Positions 29,792 through 39,788 of a DNA stretch of 64,000 nt are shown piece by piece; position 1 is the stretch's first letter, and every line of letters begins with the position of its first letter. Made by a program: the position numbers and the translations under genes. The stretch covers positions 1,029,404 to 1,093,403 of the forward strand of contig OY970292.1 of NCBI GenBank assembly GCA_963716145.1, given 5' to 3'. The stretch comes from Candidatus Levyibacteriota bacterium (GTDB lineage: Bacteria > Patescibacteriota > Microgenomatia > Levybacterales > UBA12049). The notes beneath the pieces were generated by a model. It had not been told where the DNA came from. It saw only the letters and a program-made list of their open reading frames with translations, and made no database searches.

Positions 29792-30643
29792 TTAAGTTGA
29801 AGTTAAAAGTAAAACGCCGATTATTGTTACTCCCGTGCCAATTAATTTTTTACCGATATTCTCTCTTTCTTTAAGAAAAATAATTCCTGCCAGAACCGAA
29901 AATATAAGCATTCCTTGATAGATAGCATTTACTTTGCTTGCTTCACCGATCCGTAAAGCTATTATAAAAAGATAGAGAGCTATTGCATTAAGGAATGGGG
30001 CAAAGGTTTTAAGAGACCAATTTGTCTGTTTCATTGCGTGTAATTTGATCCCAAAATTTTTGATAAATAGCGGAAATATAAGAATTACGGGCAATATCAT
30101 AATTGCATTCAGTACAGAGTTGGAACCATATGGCAGTGCCATTTTTAGTATTACATTATTAAGTGCCGTTATAAAGGCTCCTATACTCGCATACATTGCG
30201 CCTTTGTCAATAAAAAATTTTCTAGGTGCGATTACAAAACTTAGCCCAGTAAAAAGTATCAGAATTCCAAAATATTCAGATATTTTCAAATTTTCTCCCA
30301 AAACAAAAAAAGCAATGACAGCAACCCAAATAAGCCGAGTCCGAGAAATAATGCTGGAAATTGATAAGTGACTAAAAGAATGCATCTTTACAAAAAAGTA
30401 AACAGCTAGCCATTCTGTCAGACCAAGTAGGATAAAGATTATTACTGATTTTGTATTTAAAGTAAGTTTCCAATCAAAAATAGCAATGGTAATGAATATT
30501 AAAAACTTTAGAGTTTCCAAATACCATGCATATATAATTGGGTCGTCGTTATCTTTCAAGATAAAGCGGCTCAAGAAGTTGAAAGCATTTGATGCGAGTC
30601 CGGCGAGTATGGCAATAAATATCCAATTTTGAAATAAAAACAT
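29792..30643 (-). CDS. EamA/DMT family transporter
   Basis: About 10 TMs, duplicated LGE/LKE motifs; inside the pur cluster. Confidence 0.8.
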   Translation of the reverse strand: MFLFQNWIFIAILAGLASNAFNFLSRFILKDNDDPIIYAWYLETLKFLIFITIAIFDWKLTLNTKSVIIFILLGLTEWLAVYFFVKMHSFSHLSISSIISRTRLIWVAVIAFFVLGENLKISEYFGILILFTGLSFVIAPRKFFIDKGAMYASIGAFITALNNVILKMALPYGSNSVLNAIMILPVILIFPLFIKNFGIKLHAMKQTNWSLKTFAPFLNAIALYLFIIALRIGEASKVNAIYQGMLIFSVLAGIIFLKERENIGKKLIGTGVTIIGVLLLTST

Positions 30644-30647
30644 AAGT

Positions 30648-31624
30648 TTATATAACTTTCGCTTTTTTGAGGTTTTGCTTTATTCTCTCCTCAATTGGAT
30701 ACTCATATGCCTTGAATTTTTTACCTGTCAATTTTTCGTACACACTGATGTATCTCTGAGCAGTTTGAACTATTAACTCCGGGCCATTTTGGGAGGTTTT
30801 CCATTCCCGTTATATCCTTGTTTCGCATACCAAAGCCTGATAAATTCCTTGTCAAAATTTTCCGGCTCAACGCCCGCGGAGAATCTTTTTCTATACGTTT
30901 CTTCGATCCAGAAGCGGGAGCTATCAGGTGTGTGAATCTCGTCAATCAGTATTAATTTTCCATTATGTAGTCCAAACTCATATTTTGTATCTACTAAAAT
31001 AAGTCCTTGTTTTTTAGAAACAGCGGACCCGAACTTAAAAAGCTCCAATGATGCTTTTTCCATTTGTGCATAAATTTTAGGAGAGACCAATTTTTTTTCA
31101 AGAATTTCTTTTTTGGTTAGTCTGGTATCGTGTCCGCCTTTGCCAGTCATATCTCCGTGATAGGTAGGTGTTATAACGGGAGTTGGCAGCAATTGATTTT
31201 TCTTTAGACCATCGGGAAATTTAATTCCGTAAATTAACCTTTCTCCTTTTTCATAAGATCCCCAAATTGACGTTACAGTAACTCCGGAAATATAGCCTCT
31301 TACAACCATCTCAACAGGAATAAGCTCACAATTTTTGGAGATTAAAACATTGGGATCGGGAATTGAAACGAGATGATTTGGGACTATATGTTTTGTTTTT
31401 TCAAACCAGAAAGCAGCTAGTTGATTTAGAACTGCTCCTTTGAATGGAACACAACCAAGCATGACATCAAAAGCGGATTGGCGGTCTGTTGTGATCGTTA
31501 TTCGTTTATCGCCCTGAATGTAAAAATCTCTTACTTTTCCCTGGTACTTTTTTCCAAGATTTGGGAGATTTATAGTTTTTAATACATGCGGTAAAGAGTT
31601 AAGAATTTTTTTTTCTGAAATCAT
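30648..31624 (-). CDS. purC: SAICAR synthase; 1-nt frameshift near 30781
   Basis: [40 protein letters not shown]; adding one base gives ..[25 protein letters not shown]. Confidence 0.92.
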
Positions 31625-32157
31625 TTATTATTATCTTCAAGATATTTTTTGTAACCGATATTTTCAAGTTTTTGTGCTTTTTCCAAAATTTGATTTTCCA
31701 GATTCTTTTGATAATTAGCAACTTTTTCCTGAACATTCTTATCACTTGTGCCGACTATTCTTGCAGCAAGAAGACCTGCGTTTTTGGCACCGTTTACAGA
31801 AACTGTTGCAACAGGAATCCCAGGCGGCATTTGAGCTATTGAAAGAAGAGAGTCTAGCCCATCCATAGTTGTTGTTTTTATAGGAACACCAATTACAGGA
31901 AGTGGAGTCATGGAAGCAGTCATTCCGGGTAAATGTGCTGATCCACCGGCTCCTGCGATAATGACTTTTAGCCCACGATTTGCCGCTGATCTAGCATATT
32001 CATACATTTTTTCAGGAGTGCGATGTGCTGAGACTACAGTTACTTCGTGAGCTATTTCAAATTCTTCCAATATCTTTGCAGCCTCACTCATAACTGGAAG
32101 GTCTGAATCTGAGCCCATTATTATGCCGACGATTGGATTATTGTTTAATTGCTTCAT
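31621..32157 (-). CDS. purE: N5-CAIR mutase
   Basis: [34 protein letters not shown]. Confidence 0.96.
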   Translation of the reverse strand: MKQLNNNPIVGIIMGSDSDLPVMSEAAKILEEFEIAHEVTVVSAHRTPEKMYEYARSAANRGLKVIIAGAGGSAHLPGMTASMTPLPVIGVPIKTTTMDGLDSLLSIAQMPPGIPVATVSVNGAKNAGLLAARIVGTSDKNVQEKVANYQKNLENQILEKAQKLENIGYKKYLEDNNK

Positions 32158-32159
32158 TG

Positions 32160-33287
32160 TTAAATTGTTATCAACGCTCTAGCTTTTTTTGCTTTTTCCA
32201 AACATTCCTCAATGGAATTGCCCACAACTGTTATGTGGCCCATTTTGCGCTCCGGCTTTGTATCAAGTTTACCATAAATATGGACCTTTACACCAGGGAT
32301 TTTTTGGGCTTTTTCAATTCCCTTGGGATCAGCTTTTCCGGTTCTGTCACCTAAGATGTTAATCATAACTGCTGCCGGTTTGTTTACTTCAGTAGATCCA
32401 AGAGGCATTCCTGTTACGGCTCTTATATGTTGCTCAAATTGAGAAGTTTTATTCGCTTCGATTGTATGATGACCGGAGTTATGAACGCGAGGGGCGATTT
32501 CATTAATTAGAACCTTTCCATCTTTAGTTAAAAACATTTCTATTCCAAAAACTCCCGCACCTTTAAGGTGTTTCATGGTTTCTATTGCCAATTTCTCAGC
32601 CAGTTGTGCAATTTTTTTATCAACAGGAGCAGGGCATAGAAGATAGTGTAAGATATTATTTTTGTGAATAGTTTCAACCACCGGATAGGTTAGGATTTTG
32701 CCCTTGGTACTTCTTGCTACCACAACAGCTAGTTCTTTAACAAATGGCACAAATTTTTCTACATACAATTTTCTTCCCCGGAGCTTGTCAATTGCACTAT
32801 TAATCTGGGATTCATCTTTTATTAATGCATTTCCCCTTCCATCGTATGCGTCAAAACGGGCCTTTAAAAGGATTGGAAAACTAAATTTTGCTATTGTTCC
32901 TAAAATATCCTCTCTTGTGTTTACATCGCTAAAGTCAGCAACAGGAATTCTAGATTTTTTTAGAAACTCTTTTTGCTTAAATTTATCCCTTATAATTTCA
33001 AGGGTTTTAGCAGTTGGGTTTATTTTAAGACCTTTTTCCTCAAGCTCTTTTAATATGTCTGAATTTGCCAGCTCAATTTCAAAAGTAAGAAAATCTGAAA
33101 TATCACCCAGTTGTCTGATAGCATTTTCATCTTTAAAGTCGGCTGTGATTTGTCTATCCGCAATTTGCCCGGCAGGGCTATTGGGAGTTGGGTCAATGAT
33201 ATTTACAGTGAAGCCCAATTTTTTCGCAGGAATTGTCAGCATTCTTCCCAGTTGTCCGCCTCCAACAATGCCTATCCTTTTTTTCAT
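32160..33287 (-). CDS. purK: N5-CAIR synthase
   Basis: [30 protein letters not shown]. Confidence 0.96.
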   Translation of the reverse strand: MKKRIGIVGGGQLGRMLTIPAKKLGFTVNIIDPTPNSPAGQIADRQITADFKDENAIRQLGDISDFLTFEIELANSDILKELEEKGLKINPTAKTLEIIRDKFKQKEFLKKSRIPVADFSDVNTREDILGTIAKFSFPILLKARFDAYDGRGNALIKDESQINSAIDKLRGRKLYVEKFVPFVKELAVVVARSTKGKILTYPVVETIHKNNILHYLLCPAPVDKKIAQLAEKLAIETMKHLKGAGVFGIEMFLTKDGKVLINEIAPRVHNSGHHTIEANKTSQFEQHIRAVTGMPLGSTEVNKPAAVMINILGDRTGKADPKGIEKAQKIPGVKVHIYGKLDTKPERKMGHITVVGNSIEECLEKAKKARALITI

Positions 33288-34693
33288 TTATCTTTTCGAG
33301 ATGTTTTAATCTCTGCTATTGCTCTTTCGGTCAGTTCAACAGCAAGGCCAATATAATTTTCAGGGGTGAGATTTAGCAGTATTGTTTTTGCTTCCTGATT
33401 AATTTGTAATTTTTCCATCCATGCTTTCCAATTTTTTTCATCTGTATGACTGCCTCTAATAATTGAAGAAACCTTAGAGTATGGATCATTATCTTCAAAT
33501 TTTCTTAATATTGTTTGTAGTCCTTCGCTAAGTATGCTCCAATCCTTATTAAGGTTTTCTGCTAGTTTTTCCGTATTAGGCTTAATTCTGGAAATACCAG
33601 ACAATGTGCTTTTATATCCAACTAATGAATATCCCAAAATAGCTCCATAATTTCGTACAGTGGTGCTATCGGATAGGTCCCGTTGTAGACGTGAGATCAA
33701 TAGTTTGCGGGAAAAGAACTCTATTAAAGAATTTGCTAATCCAAGATTTCCTTCGCTGTTTTCAAAGTCAATTGGATTTACTTTTTGAGGCATTGTTGAC
33801 GAACCAACCTCTCCATGTATAATTTCTTGAACGAACCACTCATCGCTAATATAACGCCATAAATCCTGATCAAAACCAATTAGTATAGAATTTAGCCTTT
33901 GATATATTTGTAAAAACTCGACAACATCATCATAGGGGTTTATTTGTGTTGTAAATAGATTCGGAGTAAGTCCTAGTGAGGAAACGAATTTATCAGAAAA
34001 TGATAGCCAGTCGATATCTGGATACGCTAGTTGTAGTGCATTAAAATTACCAACAGCACCATTTAGTTTACCAGTTAATTTTTGACGTTTAAGTTTTATG
34101 ACTTGGGTATTAATGCGAATTGCAAAAGTAGAAAATTCTTTCCCAAGAGTTGTCGGTACTGCAGGCTGTCCATGTGTTCGTGCAAGCATTGGAACGCTTT
34201 TAAATTTATCTGAAATTTCTAAAATACTATCAATTAATTTATTCATAATTGGAAGTAAAATTTGGTGAGTTGCCTGATGCAATTGTAATCTGTAAGCAAG
34301 ATTATTAATGTCCTCAGAAGTTAATCCAAAATGTATCATTTCCAACTGCGATTTCGTTAAAAAGCTTTTAAGTCGGATACGAAGCATTTTTTCAACCGCT
34401 TTTACATCATGCCTTGTTTCCATTTCGTGATCTTTTACCTCTTTAATCATCTCATCAATAGAGCCACTTTTTATTAAATCCTCTAATTGATTTACTTGCT
34501 CAGTTGTCATAAATTTTTTAGCAATATCTGCGTTTGATAAAGCAATAAGATATTTAATTTCTATTTCTATGCGGTTTTTGATTAAACCGTATTCCGAAAC
34601 AATTGGTGCGAGTTCTTCAACTTTAGAACGGTACCTTCCATCAAGCGAGGAGATTGCTGTTAATTCAGACAGTGTTGTTTTTTGACTATTCAT
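33284..34693 (-). CDS. purB: Adenylosuccinate lyase
   Basis: LDGRY, HDVKAVE, RTHGQPA, GSSTMPQKVNPIDFENSEGN. Confidence 0.95.
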   Translation of the reverse strand: MNSQKTTLSELTAISSLDGRYRSKVEELAPIVSEYGLIKNRIEIEIKYLIALSNADIAKKFMTTEQVNQLEDLIKSGSIDEMIKEVKDHEMETRHDVKAVEKMLRIRLKSFLTKSQLEMIHFGLTSEDINNLAYRLQLHQATHQILLPIMNKLIDSILEISDKFKSVPMLARTHGQPAVPTTLGKEFSTFAIRINTQVIKLKRQKLTGKLNGAVGNFNALQLAYPDIDWLSFSDKFVSSLGLTPNLFTTQINPYDDVVEFLQIYQRLNSILIGFDQDLWRYISDEWFVQEIIHGEVGSSTMPQKVNPIDFENSEGNLGLANSLIEFFSRKLLISRLQRDLSDSTTVRNYGAILGYSLVGYKSTLSGISRIKPNTEKLAENLNKDWSILSEGLQTILRKFEDNDPYSKVSSIIRGSHTDEKNWKAWMEKLQINQEAKTILLNLTPENYIGLAVELTERAIAEIKTSRKDK

Positions 34694-34695
34694 AT

Positions 34696-35787
34696 TTAAC
34701 TAATAATATCATCTAGCTTATTCATCTTTACAGCTTCTTTTATTTCCATAGCAATGCGTCTCCCAACATTTATCGGCTCTCCAAATAAATATCCGCTATA
34801 GGGAGTGGCAGTAATTCCGGGAGAACCAGGGAAACGGGGAGAGACATCAATTACAACTATTTCTTTTCTGGGGCGACCAGGAACAATGAATGATTGCAAA
34901 GCAAAAGGCCCGATGACACCAGGGGAGGCGAGTTTTTTAGTAGCAGCAACAAACCGTTCGCCCAATTCAAATATTTCCTCAAGCATTGACTCAAGAACCG
35001 TAACGGCAGTATGACTTGCTTCATCATAGGAAACAGTAAGTTTTTTCAGAACTTCTTCCTGATAATTTATAGGTAGTTTTGTTATTCCCTCAAAATTTGT
35101 CTGGCGTCTGGTGTCAGTTCCTAATAATTCTAAGCGGTTATGTAAAGGGGAGTAAAAAAAGTTAAAGTTTACCTGCACACCCACAATAAATTCTTCAATC
35201 ACCGCTTTTTTAAGTTGATATTCTGTAAATAAACCGATGTACATTTTTTGTTCGGTTTGTTTTAAATAATCTTCATAGCTGTCAACTATGAAAAACGCAC
35301 GCTCGAATTCATTTTCTTTTTCCAGCACTTTAACAATGCAAAGCCTGTCAATCTTTTTAGGATTTGTAAATAGTTTTGGATAGCGGATATTCGCGCTATC
35401 TAGTAGATCATATTGATTTGGTTTAAAACCACGCTCCTCAACTCTTAATAAATGTTTGTTGCCAAACATGGGAACTTTAAAGTTTTTTTCAATAGCGTCG
35501 TAGTTATTTATATAAACTTCAAATGATCTGTTTGGAATAAAGATTGCATTTCTGCTTTTTAACTTCTCCTGAACCTCGGATTTGAGAACGTCGGAGAACT
35601 TATCAACCAACAAAATTTCATCAACACAACCAAGCGCGCCTTGGGTTTTATAATATTTTGCATACGTTTGATCCCGTCCTTTCTGAGCTACAATTAAATT
35701 TTTAAAACCTTCGTCTTTGGCACCGCGCGCTACTTCAAGGGCGGAGTGACTGCCAATTGTGGCGATTGTGATGTTTGATTTATTCAT
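34696..35787 (-). CDS. purP: Archaeal-type PurP-family ATP-grasp protein (FAICAR synthetase-like), paralogue 2
   Basis: TIGSHSAL..GAKDEGF, IPNRSF, D.RRQTN, GPFALQ, DVSPRFPGSP, GRRIA.EIK. Confidence 0.85.
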   Translation of the reverse strand: MNKSNITIATIGSHSALEVARGAKDEGFKNLIVAQKGRDQTYAKYYKTQGALGCVDEILLVDKFSDVLKSEVQEKLKSRNAIFIPNRSFEVYINNYDAIEKNFKVPMFGNKHLLRVEERGFKPNQYDLLDSANIRYPKLFTNPKKIDRLCIVKVLEKENEFERAFFIVDSYEDYLKQTEQKMYIGLFTEYQLKKAVIEEFIVGVQVNFNFFYSPLHNRLELLGTDTRRQTNFEGITKLPINYQEEVLKKLTVSYDEASHTAVTVLESMLEEIFELGERFVAATKKLASPGVIGPFALQSFIVPGRPRKEIVVIDVSPRFPGSPGITATPYSGYLFGEPINVGRRIAMEIKEAVKMNKLDDIIS

Positions 35788-36422
35788 TTTTTTAGTTCAA
35801 TATCAATTCCAGAAAGCTCCTCAACAAAGAAATCAACTCCATCAGTTTTGAGTTTGATATATCCTGTGTTTTCAAATTTTTTCCCTCCAAGCCCTTTATA
35901 TGTTGTTATTCCTAAATGTATGAGAAGCGTTTTCATAATAGAAACATGACCTATTATCAAAACTTTTTTCCCTGCATACGCGATTGCTATTTCGCGAAGA
36001 GTTGTTAAAAATCGAGAAATAACCTCATCATCTGTTTCACGTCCTTCTGCCATAACAACTTTTTTCCATTCGTCATAAGGAAGATTGACTCTCATCTCGT
36101 AAAACTTTTTTAATTCATCCTTTAATTCATCAATACCTTTTCCTTCAAGTACTCCGTGGTTCCGTTCCCTTAGCGCTTCTTTGGTAAGTATTGCCAGTTT
36201 GTGTTCTTCGGCAATTATTTTTGCAGTTTGTTGAGCTCTCACCAAAGGAGATGTAAAAATTGTATCGAATTTAATTTTCTTAAGATTTTTTGCCGCTGCT
36301 TTTGCCTGCTCATGCCCTTTTTCCGTTAATTCCCGGTCGAGTCCATAGGTATCAACAGGATAATTGCCGTGAGACTGTCCATGACGTACTAAATAAACTG
36401 TGCAATAATTTTTATTATTCAT
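35784..36422 (-). CDS. Histidine phosphatase (phosphoglycerate mutase family)
   Basis: LVRHGQS, TSPLVRAQQTA, LRER, IIGH. Confidence 0.88.
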   Translation of the reverse strand: MNNKNYCTVYLVRHGQSHGNYPVDTYGLDRELTEKGHEQAKAAAKNLKKIKFDTIFTSPLVRAQQTAKIIAEEHKLAILTKEALRERNHGVLEGKGIDELKDELKKFYEMRVNLPYDEWKKVVMAEGRETDDEVISRFLTTLREIAIAYAGKKVLIIGHVSIMKTLLIHLGITTYKGLGGKKFENTGYIKLKTDGVDFFVEELSGIDIELKK

Positions 36423-36423
36423 A

Positions 36424-37968
36424 TTAATGTTTAAATGCTCTAACTCCTGTCATTATCATCGCAACTCCCGCTTCGTTGCAAGCATCAATGGTTTCCTGAT
36501 CTCTTATTGATCCACCCGGTTGGATAATTGCTTTAATACCAGCTTGAATTAGTATATCAGGTCCGTCTCGGAAGGGGAAAAAACCATCCGTTGCCGCAAC
36601 AGAGCCTGTTAAAGGTTTGATAGCTTTTTTGACGCAAAGTTCGCAACAGCGCTTGCGGTCTTGTTGCCCAACTCCGGATGCAACTAGTGCTCCATTTTTT
36701 ACCGTGACAACACAGTTGGATTTACTAACTTGGGATATTTTCCATGCAAATAAAAGATCACTAAGCTGTTCTGTAGTTGGTTTTTTTTGAGTAACACATT
36801 TTAGATCGTTTTTTGTCAATTCATAGGTGTCGGTATCTTGCATTAAAAATCCGCCTCGAATCTTTTTTATCTCCTGGTATTTTTTAAGATATGGTTTTGA
36901 CAAGTCCGTATTTTTTAACAATTGTAATTTTGGTCTAGCAGAAAAAATTTCCAGAGCTTTTTTAGAAAAATCAGGCGCTACAACTATCTCAAAAAACTTT
37001 TTATCCGCAAGCATGGATTCGGCAAGCTCACCACCAACAGGTCTGTTGAAAATTATTACTCCACCAAAGGCAGCCAAAGGATCTCCGTCAAACCAGGCTT
37101 TTTGAAAGGTATCTTCTATTTTGTCGGCAATAGCTGCGCCGCAAGGATTAGTGTGCTTAAGGATTATACATGCCGGAGAATTTGCGCCGATCAGCGAGAT
37201 TGTCTGAAGACCAGCATCGAGATCAAGGTAATTATTGTAGGATGTTTCTTTTCCTTGAAGCAATTTAAATTCTCCCAAACCTAATCCATCGTCACTTTTT
37301 CCGTCTTTGAAAAACGCCGCGTTTTGATGCGGATTTTCTCCATAGCGCAGTTTTTTGCCATTTTGTAGGGAAATAAATTTATCGGGTCCATCAATTTGCT
37401 CTTGAAAATAGTTCGCAATCATCGCGTCATAACTTGCTACATATGAAAAAGCAGTTGTTGCAAGAATATTTCTCAATTCCTCAGTTGTTTTTGAATTTTT
37501 CAAAATTTCATCCCGGACAATTTCATAGTCTTTAGGGTCAACAATCACAGTTACGCTTTTATAATTTTTGGCTGCTGAGCGGACCATGGTAGGGCCGCCA
37601 ATATCAATCATTTCAATTCCGGGTTTATCTGCAAATGGGTAGAAATTGCAAATTACAAAATCAATTATAGGTGTTTGGAGTTCTCCTGTTTGTTTTGTAT
37701 GCTTTTTATTTGCTCGGTCAAATAAAAGACCTGATGCTATTTGAAAACTTATTGTTTTGACCCTACCGTCAAAACTTTCGGGAGATTTAGTGATTTCTTC
37801 AATTGGAGTTATCTTTATTCCGTTTTTTACTAAATGTTGTGCTGTTCCTCCGGTTGATATAATATTAATTCCTTTGTTAGTCAGAGTTTTTGCGAGATCC
37901 AAAATACCGGTTTTATCATAAACACTGATAAGAGCATATTTTTGATTTATTTTTTTTCCTTTGCTCAT
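36424..37968 (-). CDS. purH: Bifunctional AICAR transformylase / IMP cyclohydrolase
   Basis: ALISVYDK, STGGT, IDIGGPTMVRSAAKN, LRYGENPHQ, KHTNPCG, QPGGSIRD, R.FKH. Confidence 0.96.
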   Translation of the reverse strand: MSKGKKINQKYALISVYDKTGILDLAKTLTNKGINIISTGGTAQHLVKNGIKITPIEEITKSPESFDGRVKTISFQIASGLLFDRANKKHTKQTGELQTPIIDFVICNFYPFADKPGIEMIDIGGPTMVRSAAKNYKSVTVIVDPKDYEIVRDEILKNSKTTEELRNILATTAFSYVASYDAMIANYFQEQIDGPDKFISLQNGKKLRYGENPHQNAAFFKDGKSDDGLGLGEFKLLQGKETSYNNYLDLDAGLQTISLIGANSPACIILKHTNPCGAAIADKIEDTFQKAWFDGDPLAAFGGVIIFNRPVGGELAESMLADKKFFEIVVAPDFSKKALEIFSARPKLQLLKNTDLSKPYLKKYQEIKKIRGGFLMQDTDTYELTKNDLKCVTQKKPTTEQLSDLLFAWKISQVSKSNCVVTVKNGALVASGVGQQDRKRCCELCVKKAIKPLTGSVAATDGFFPFRDGPDILIQAGIKAIIQPGGSIRDQETIDACNEAGVAMIMTGVRAFKH

Positions 37969-37970
37969 AA

Positions 37971-38987
37971 TTAATCAAGAATTAGTGGCAGGCGATCCTC
38001 TTTAATCGCATTTTTTATCTCCCTGGCAATTCTGCGCCCGGTACTCATTGGTTCATTGTAGTAAAGCCATGAGTAGGGAGAGCCATTTATAAATAGGTTA
38101 GTTCCCGCAACAATCCTACAGGAAATTTCCAAAACATAAAACCTAGCGTCAGGGGTAATAATTGTTTCAAGACAAAATGGACCAAAAATTCCTCTATTAT
38201 CAATTAATTTTTTTGACTCAGCTATGGCTTTTTTGGCCATCTCGTAAGCTTCTGAAAGCATGCTTTCACGAAGAACCAAATCGCTATTACCGACAACCAC
38301 GTAGCTTGGTTCAATGTCAAGTTCCTCCTGTCCCAAAAGGGGAATTCTTCCTATTCCATCAGCGTTAGTTTCATAGCGCCGGTCCATACTCATAATTTCC
38401 AGTTTGTCAGACAGCGGAGAGTAAAAATAGTGAATATATAGGGGAACTCCTATGACGTACTCCTGGATTACAAATTTTTTACCATCCAAGGTACTTATTT
38501 TCTTTTCGAAATCCGTTCTATTTTTTGCATAGAAGTAGCCTTTCCCCCCGGCGGCACCATAGGACTTAACAATAATGGGATATTTGACAGGTTCATTTTC
38601 AAAATCAAATTGACGGGGGACATTAATTCCCGCGTCTTTTAACCATTTACGCTGCATTTGCCTATCTTCTTCCCAATCAAGAACTTTTTTATTGCCATAA
38701 TATAAAACATTCATAGCCTTGTTTTTTTCAGCACCAAGGTAGGCTACAAATGAGCCATGGGGAATGAGAATAACATTTTTATCAATTAATTCTTTCTCAA
38801 CTGATGGAAATTCGGAAAAGGATGGGAGAGTTACAAATTCGTCAATAAAAGGAAATGTTTTATAGAACTCGAGCTTATCGGGTTTGGTTATAATCAAGGT
38901 TTTAAATCCTTCATCTTTTGCGCCCTTTAGAATCTGTAGAGCAGAGTGACTTCCAAGCGTTCCTAGAGTATATTGTTTGTCTTTCAT
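37971..38987 (-). CDS. purP: Archaeal-type PurP formate--AICAR ligase, paralogue 1
   Basis: LGSHSALQILKGAKDEGF, IPHGSF, DRRYE, GPFCLE, EISCRIVAGTN, MSTGRRIA. Confidence 0.9.
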   Translation of the reverse strand: MKDKQYTLGTLGSHSALQILKGAKDEGFKTLIITKPDKLEFYKTFPFIDEFVTLPSFSEFPSVEKELIDKNVILIPHGSFVAYLGAEKNKAMNVLYYGNKKVLDWEEDRQMQRKWLKDAGINVPRQFDFENEPVKYPIIVKSYGAAGGKGYFYAKNRTDFEKKISTLDGKKFVIQEYVIGVPLYIHYFYSPLSDKLEIMSMDRRYETNADGIGRIPLLGQEELDIEPSYVVVGNSDLVLRESMLSEAYEMAKKAIAESKKLIDNRGIFGPFCLETIITPDARFYVLEISCRIVAGTNLFINGSPYSWLYYNEPMSTGRRIAREIKNAIKEDRLPLILD

Positions 38988-38988
38988 A

Positions 38989-39786
38989 TTATTTAAAATA
39001 TTTTACTGCATTTTTAAATATTTGTAATCCGGGACCTTCTGTTGGTAATTTCCTTCCCTCTCTATTATACTTTTCTTTTAACAATTGCCAATCGGGAAGT
39101 TGGTTAAAAAACATTCCCCGTTCAGGATGGGGCATAAGACCCAAAATTTTTCCTGACTCATCGGTAATTCCCGCAATATCATCAACTGAGCCGTTAGGAT
39201 TAGCAGGAAGATTAAGATACGTACTCATTTCACTCTTTATATATTGTAACGCAATTTGTTTATTTTTATGTAATTTTTGAAGATCGTCCTTGGAAGTAAA
39301 AAACTTTCCCTCACCATGAGCAATTGGCAGTGATAGATTATCTATTCCAGTAAGCCAAGGAGTTTTGGACACAACCTTCATATCGGTCCAGCGAGTGATG
39401 AGACGTGCCGATTCATTATTAATTAGAGCAACTCCTCTTTCTCCGTAGTTTTTAGCAAATGCAGGAATAAGACCAAGGTTGGTAACAATCTGACAACCAT
39501 TACAAATTCCAATCACAAGTTTATCTTTCTCAAGAAATTTTAGAATCTGCTCCCAAAGATGGCTTCTTACTGTATGTGCATACGCATTGCCAGCTCCGGT
39601 GTCATCCCCATACGCAAATCCCCCAGGGAAAGAAAGTATTTGATATTGGGTTAATTTATACTTTCCATCGACAATATCATTAATGTGAGCAATGTCAATA
39701 GCAGCTCCGGCCAATTCAAAACCATATGCTGTTTCTTCTTCTGAATTTAGTCCGTATCCGGAAAAGATAAGTACTTTAGGTTTCAT
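38989..39786 (-). CDS. purQ: FGAM synthase glutaminase subunit
   Basis: PGGFAYGD, GICNGCQ, AHGEG, NPNGS, MPHPER. Confidence 0.95.
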   Translation of the reverse strand: MKPKVLIFSGYGLNSEEETAYGFELAGAAIDIAHINDIVDGKYKLTQYQILSFPGGFAYGDDTGAGNAYAHTVRSHLWEQILKFLEKDKLVIGICNGCQIVTNLGLIPAFAKNYGERGVALINNESARLITRWTDMKVVSKTPWLTGIDNLSLPIAHGEGKFFTSKDDLQKLHKNKQIALQYIKSEMSTYLNLPANPNGSVDDIAGITDESGKILGLMPHPERGMFFNQLPDWQLLKEKYNREGRKLPTEGPGLQIFKNAVKYFK

Positions 39787-39788
39787 AA

